A stretch of DNA of 64,000 bases from Trueperaceae bacterium (GTDB lineage: Bacteria; Deinococcota; Deinococci; Deinococcales; Trueperaceae), in assembly GCA_035266525.1 (NCBI GenBank), contig DATFNF010000020.1:35326-99325 (forward strand), in the 5' to 3' direction. This document shows, in pieces, positions 61,522 to 64,000 of this stretch. The notes beneath the pieces are model-generated. The model did no database searches and had not been told where the DNA came from. It was given only the letters and a program-made list of their open reading frames with translations. Position numbers and translations under genes: made by a program. Within the stretch, counting starts at the first letter, position 1, and each line of letters starts with the position of its first letter.

Positions 61522-62421
61522 ATGGACGTTCCCGAGACCCACATCGCAGCCGAGCGCCGCTACCGCATAGGGGTCGCGCTCGGCGGTGGCAGCGCCCGCG
61601 GCTACGCGCACATCGGTGCGCTCGCCAGCCTCGAGCGTCATGGCTTCGCTCCCGACATCCTCGCCGGGACCAGCTTCGGCGCCGTCATCGGTGCCCTGTA
61701 CGCCATGGGGCGCAGCCCGGCAGACCTCCGGGCCGAGGCGGCGGCCATGCGCCGCCGGGACGTCTTCCCGTACATCGCCGACTTCGGCCTGCACAAGGGG
61801 GCCCTGTTCGGCGGTCGCCGGCTGGAGGCCTACTTCGACGCCATGGTCGAAGGGCGCAGCTTCGAGGACCTGGAGCGGCCGCTGGTGGTGGTGGCGACGG
61901 ACGTCGACAGCGGCGAGCGGGTGCTGCTCTCGAGCGGACCGCTGGCACCCGCCCTGCGCGCCAGCGCCTCGATCCCCGGCGTGTTCGCGCCCGTCACGGT
62001 AGGTGGGCGCCGGCTGATGGACGGCGGCATCGGCTCGCCCGTGCCGCTCGACACCCTGCGGAGCTTCGAGGTGGATCTTGCCATCGGTATCGGGGCCGGC
62101 ATGGAGGCCGGTGACTCGCGGAGCATCCGCGCCGCCCGTCGCTTCCTGCATACCGACCTGGGGCAACGCCTGCACCGCTCGCTGGGGCAGGGGACGGGAC
62201 GCGGCGTCGCCGCGCGGCTGGGTCGCGCGCTCGCCTGCGCCGCCGACGGCTGGCTGATGGAGGTGGACGAGGAGGCGAGCCTGCACGTTCAGACCCGGCC
62301 CCCCATCCACTGGCTGAACTTCCACCGCGCGGAGATCGCCATCCGCGCCGGCGACGAGGCCCTCAACAGCTTCATGCCGCGCATCCGTCAGGCCATGGCC
62401 ACGGCGGCGGTGCCCGTCTGA
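61522..62421 (+). CDS. Patatin-like phospholipase (RssA-like)
   Basis: Track ORF. Oxyanion motif GGGSARG, nucleophile GTSFG, catalytic Asp in MDGG. Confidence 0.85.
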   Translation: MDVPETHIAAERRYRIGVALGGGSARGYAHIGALASLERHGFAPDILAGTSFGAVIGALYAMGRSPADLRAEAAAMRRRDVFPYIADFGLHKGALFGGRRLEAYFDAMVEGRSFEDLERPLVVVATDVDSGERVLLSSGPLAPALRASASIPGVFAPVTVGGRRLMDGGIGSPVPLDTLRSFEVDLAIGIGAGMEAGDSRSIRAARRFLHTDLGQRLHRSLGQGTGRGVAARLGRALACAADGWLMEVDEEASLHVQTRPPIHWLNFHRAEIAIRAGDEALNSFMPRIRQAMATAAVPV

Positions 62422-62460
62422 GCCGGGGCCGCCGGGTGCGGCACGGGCGCGCAGCGTATG

Positions 62461-62485
62461 GCCGCCGGGGTCAGGCTCCGGCGGC
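62461..62485 (+). terminator. Terminator-like hairpin after the patatin-like gene
   Basis: GCCGCCGG (62461-62468) pairs with CCGGCGGC (62478-62485), 9-nt loop, followed by GTTCT. Confidence 0.35.
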
Positions 62486-62513
62486 GTTCTCGTGGGCGGC
62501 GGCGGGCACGCGG

Positions 62514-62535
62514 CCCGCGCCGGCACGGGCGCGGG
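62514..62535 (-). terminator. Terminator-like hairpin after the arginase gene
   Basis: CCCGCGCC (62514-62521) pairs with GGCGCGGG (62528-62535), 6-nt loop. It lies 18 nt beyond the arginase stop. Confidence 0.35.
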
Positions 62536-62553
62536 ACGGGTGCGCCGGAAGGG

Positions 62554-63453
62554 TCACAGGATCTTCTTGCCGAGCAGGCTGGCGGCCATCTCGACCATGA
62601 TGGCGGCCGTGCGGTTGCGCTCGTCGAGGATGGGGTTCACCTCGACCAGGTCGAGGCTGGTGGTACGGCCGGAGTCGCTGAGGAGCTCCATGAGCAGGTG
62701 CGCCTCGCGGTAGCTGAGCCCGCCCGGGACGGGCGTGCCCACGCCCGGCGCGAGGTCCGGGTCGAGGACGTCCGCGTCGAAGGAGACGTGCAGCCGGTCG
62801 ACGTGCCCGAGGCGCTCGATGGCCTCCGACGCGATGCCGGCCATGCCGCGCTGGTCGATGTCTTTCATGGTGTACGCGGCCATGCCGCGCTCCCGGATGA
62901 GCCGGCGCTCGGCCGGGTCGATGCTCCGCAGACCGACGAACACGATGTCCTCGGCGCGCAGCGCGGGCCCGCCGTCCCACACGCCGGTGAGGCGCGCGTC
63001 CCCGACACCCAGGAGATGCGCCAGCGGCATGCCGTGGATGTTGCCGCTGGGGCTCGTGTCGGGCGTGTTGAGGTCGGCGTGGGCGTCGATCCAGACCACG
63101 CCGGTGCGGCGGCCCGCCGCCACCCCCGGCACGGTGCCCATGCTCACCGAGTGGTCGCCTCCGAGTCCGATCACGAAGGTTCCCGGCTCGAGGCTCCGCA
63201 GGCGCTCGTAGGCGGCCCTGCAGGTCGAGGCGATGGCGTCGGCGTAGTGGAGGCCGTTCGGGTTGGGGACCGCCTCCGGCACCGGCACCTCGACGTTGCC
63301 GAGGTCGGTCACGCGGTGGCCGAGCTCGCGCAGGGTGGGCGCCAGCCGCGCCAGGCGCAGGGCGCTGGGGCCCATGTCGACCCCGCGCCGCCCGGCGCCG
63401 AGGTCCATGGGGATGCCGAGTATGCTGACGGAGGTCACGCCAGAATCTACCAC
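62554..63453 (-). CDS. rocF: Arginase
   Basis: Track ORF. Ureohydrolase motifs GGDHS, DAHADLN, SGNIHGMP and SFDADVLDP. N-terminus VSILGIPMDLG. Either GTG 63453 or GTG 63438 could be the start. Confidence 0.88.
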   Translation of the reverse strand: MVDSGVTSVSILGIPMDLGAGRRGVDMGPSALRLARLAPTLRELGHRVTDLGNVEVPVPEAVPNPNGLHYADAIASTCRAAYERLRSLEPGTFVIGLGGDHSVSMGTVPGVAAGRRTGVVWIDAHADLNTPDTSPSGNIHGMPLAHLLGVGDARLTGVWDGGPALRAEDIVFVGLRSIDPAERRLIRERGMAAYTMKDIDQRGMAGIASEAIERLGHVDRLHVSFDADVLDPDLAPGVGTPVPGGLSYREAHLLMELLSDSGRTTSLDLVEVNPILDERNRTAAIMVEMAASLLGKKIL

Positions 63454-63459
63454 GAAAAG

Positions 63460-63465
63460 CGTCTA
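63460..63465 (-). promoter_or_regulatory. Candidate -10-like hexamer TAGACG upstream of arginase
   Basis: The minus strand reads CCTAGACGCTTTTC followed by GTG 63453, inside the only AT-richer stretch of this intergenic region. Confidence 0.25.
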
Positions 63466-63599
63466 GGACGCAATTCGTGCAATTGTATGCGTGTCTGTAT
63501 GGTGGATATCCAGCGGGCCTTGCAGGTGTCTGCCGGGCGCGCCCGAGGCCATGCGGGCGCCCCCGCCCGGTCGTCCACCGGCGAGGCGCCCGGGGGTCT

Positions 63600-64000
63600 T
63601 CAGTCCTCCGCCGGGCGGTGCCAGTAGCGCCCCTCGTCCTCCAGCAGCCTATAGGCGGGGTCCGGGCCCATGCTGCCGGCCTCGTAGAAGCTGGGCGTGG
63701 GCGGGTCGCGGTCGACCAGCTCGAGCAGTGGCCCGATGACACGCCACTGCGCCTCGACCTCGTCCGCCCGCATGAACAGCGTGGCGTCGCCGAGCATCAC
63801 ATCGAGCAGCAACGTCTCGTAGGCGTCGGGGTTGGGACGATCGAAGCTGCGGCCGTAGAGGAAGTCGAGGCTGATGCGATCGAGCTCGATGCCCTGTCCG
63901 GGCCGCTTGCCGTTGAAGCGGAGCACGATGCCCTCGTCCGGAACCAGGCGCAGCACCAGGCGATCGGCCTTGAGGCTCGAGGGCAGGTCGAAGGGGACAT
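63600..64000 (-). CDS. zwf: Glucose-6-phosphate dehydrogenase, C-terminal part only (gene continues past the right edge)
   Basis: Track ORF 63600..63956, with the open frame continuing to 64000. LRFNGKRPGQGIELDRISLDF...PDAYETLLLDVMLGDATLFMRADEVEAQW matches the G6PD C-terminal domain. Confidence 0.85.
   Translation of the reverse strand, partial: VPFDLPSSLKADRLVLRLVPDEGIVLRFNGKRPGQGIELDRISLDFLYGRSFDRPNPDAYETLLLDVMLGDATLFMRADEVEAQWRVIGPLLELVDRDPPTPSFYEAGSMGPDPAYRLLEDEGRYWHRPAED

Noticed and set aside
61522-62421. Patatin-like phospholipase as a CBASS-type or other anti-phage effector.
   Set aside because: No cyclic-nucleotide synthase, sensor, TIR, SAVED or other defence-associated gene is adjacent. 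The neighbours are a GT2 glycosyltransferase and arginase. The protein looks like the common RssA-type housekeeping family.
62436-62533. 13-nt direct repeat CGGCACGGGCGCG (62438 and 62521) between the patatin-like and arginase genes.
   Set aside because: It is a low-complexity GC-rich sequence. Each copy is better explained as part of or next to the separate terminator hairpins of the two convergent genes.

Overview
Very GC-rich bacterial chromosomal segment (about 70 percent or more by eye, not computed). It holds about 60 protein-coding genes on both strands. I recognised no rRNA, tRNA, CRISPR array, transposase or prophage genes.

Gene content, left to right:
- A partial Crp/Fnr-like regulator, divergent from a mannosylglycerate cassette (mpgS-mpgP).
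- ychF and thrC.
- A minus-strand string: uvrB, carD, rsmA, PfkB kinase, S41 peptidase, MBL hydrolase.
- An ABC exporter, acetoacetate-CoA ligase and a sugar ABC uptake operon.
- ruvB followed by a PATAN/DUF4388 protein.
- purU, a phosphoribosyltransferase and dnaG.
- An orphan gamma-class N6-adenine DNA methyltransferase.
- A complete nine-gene V/A-type ATP synthase operon in the Thermus-type order G-I-K-E-C-F-A-B-D.
- A glnQ-like ATPase, pilT, and a hypothetical protein coupled to folC.
- galM.
- An operon of araC, VOC, a small ORF and a class II uvrA paralogue.
- An HD-GYP protein, a GH31 glycosidase, a lipoprotein hydrolase, a class III aminotransferase and serS.
- gatC, DUF554, thpR, a cell-wall amidase and phoU, with phoU divergent from a phoB/phoR-like pair.
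- A GT2 glycosyltransferase plus a membrane protein, a patatin-like lipase, arginase, and the 3-prime end of zwf.

Observations most worth following up:
1. A 523-codon LAGLIDADG intein with an embedded XRE-like HTH sits inside the Walker A motif of uvrB.
2. The araC-VOC-small ORF-UvrA2 operon looks like a genotoxin resistance module.
3. ruvB is tightly coupled to a PATAN-wHTH-pseudo-receiver protein.
4. Three 26-bp-phased direct repeats lie between phoU and phoBR.
5. A -10 box lies 5-8 nt upstream of the start codon of many genes, suggesting leaderless transcripts. One of these is a 24-codon upstream ORF coupled to thrC through a GTGA overlap.
6. Palindromic candidate operators lie between the crp-like gene and mpgS.

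Gene content suggests a thermophilic or extremotolerant, Deinococcus-Thermus-like or similar high-GC lineage, but taxonomy cannot be settled from this window. All homology statements are by-eye motif recognition and no searches were run. Many very long ORFs in the track are antisense or off-frame artefacts of the GC bias.
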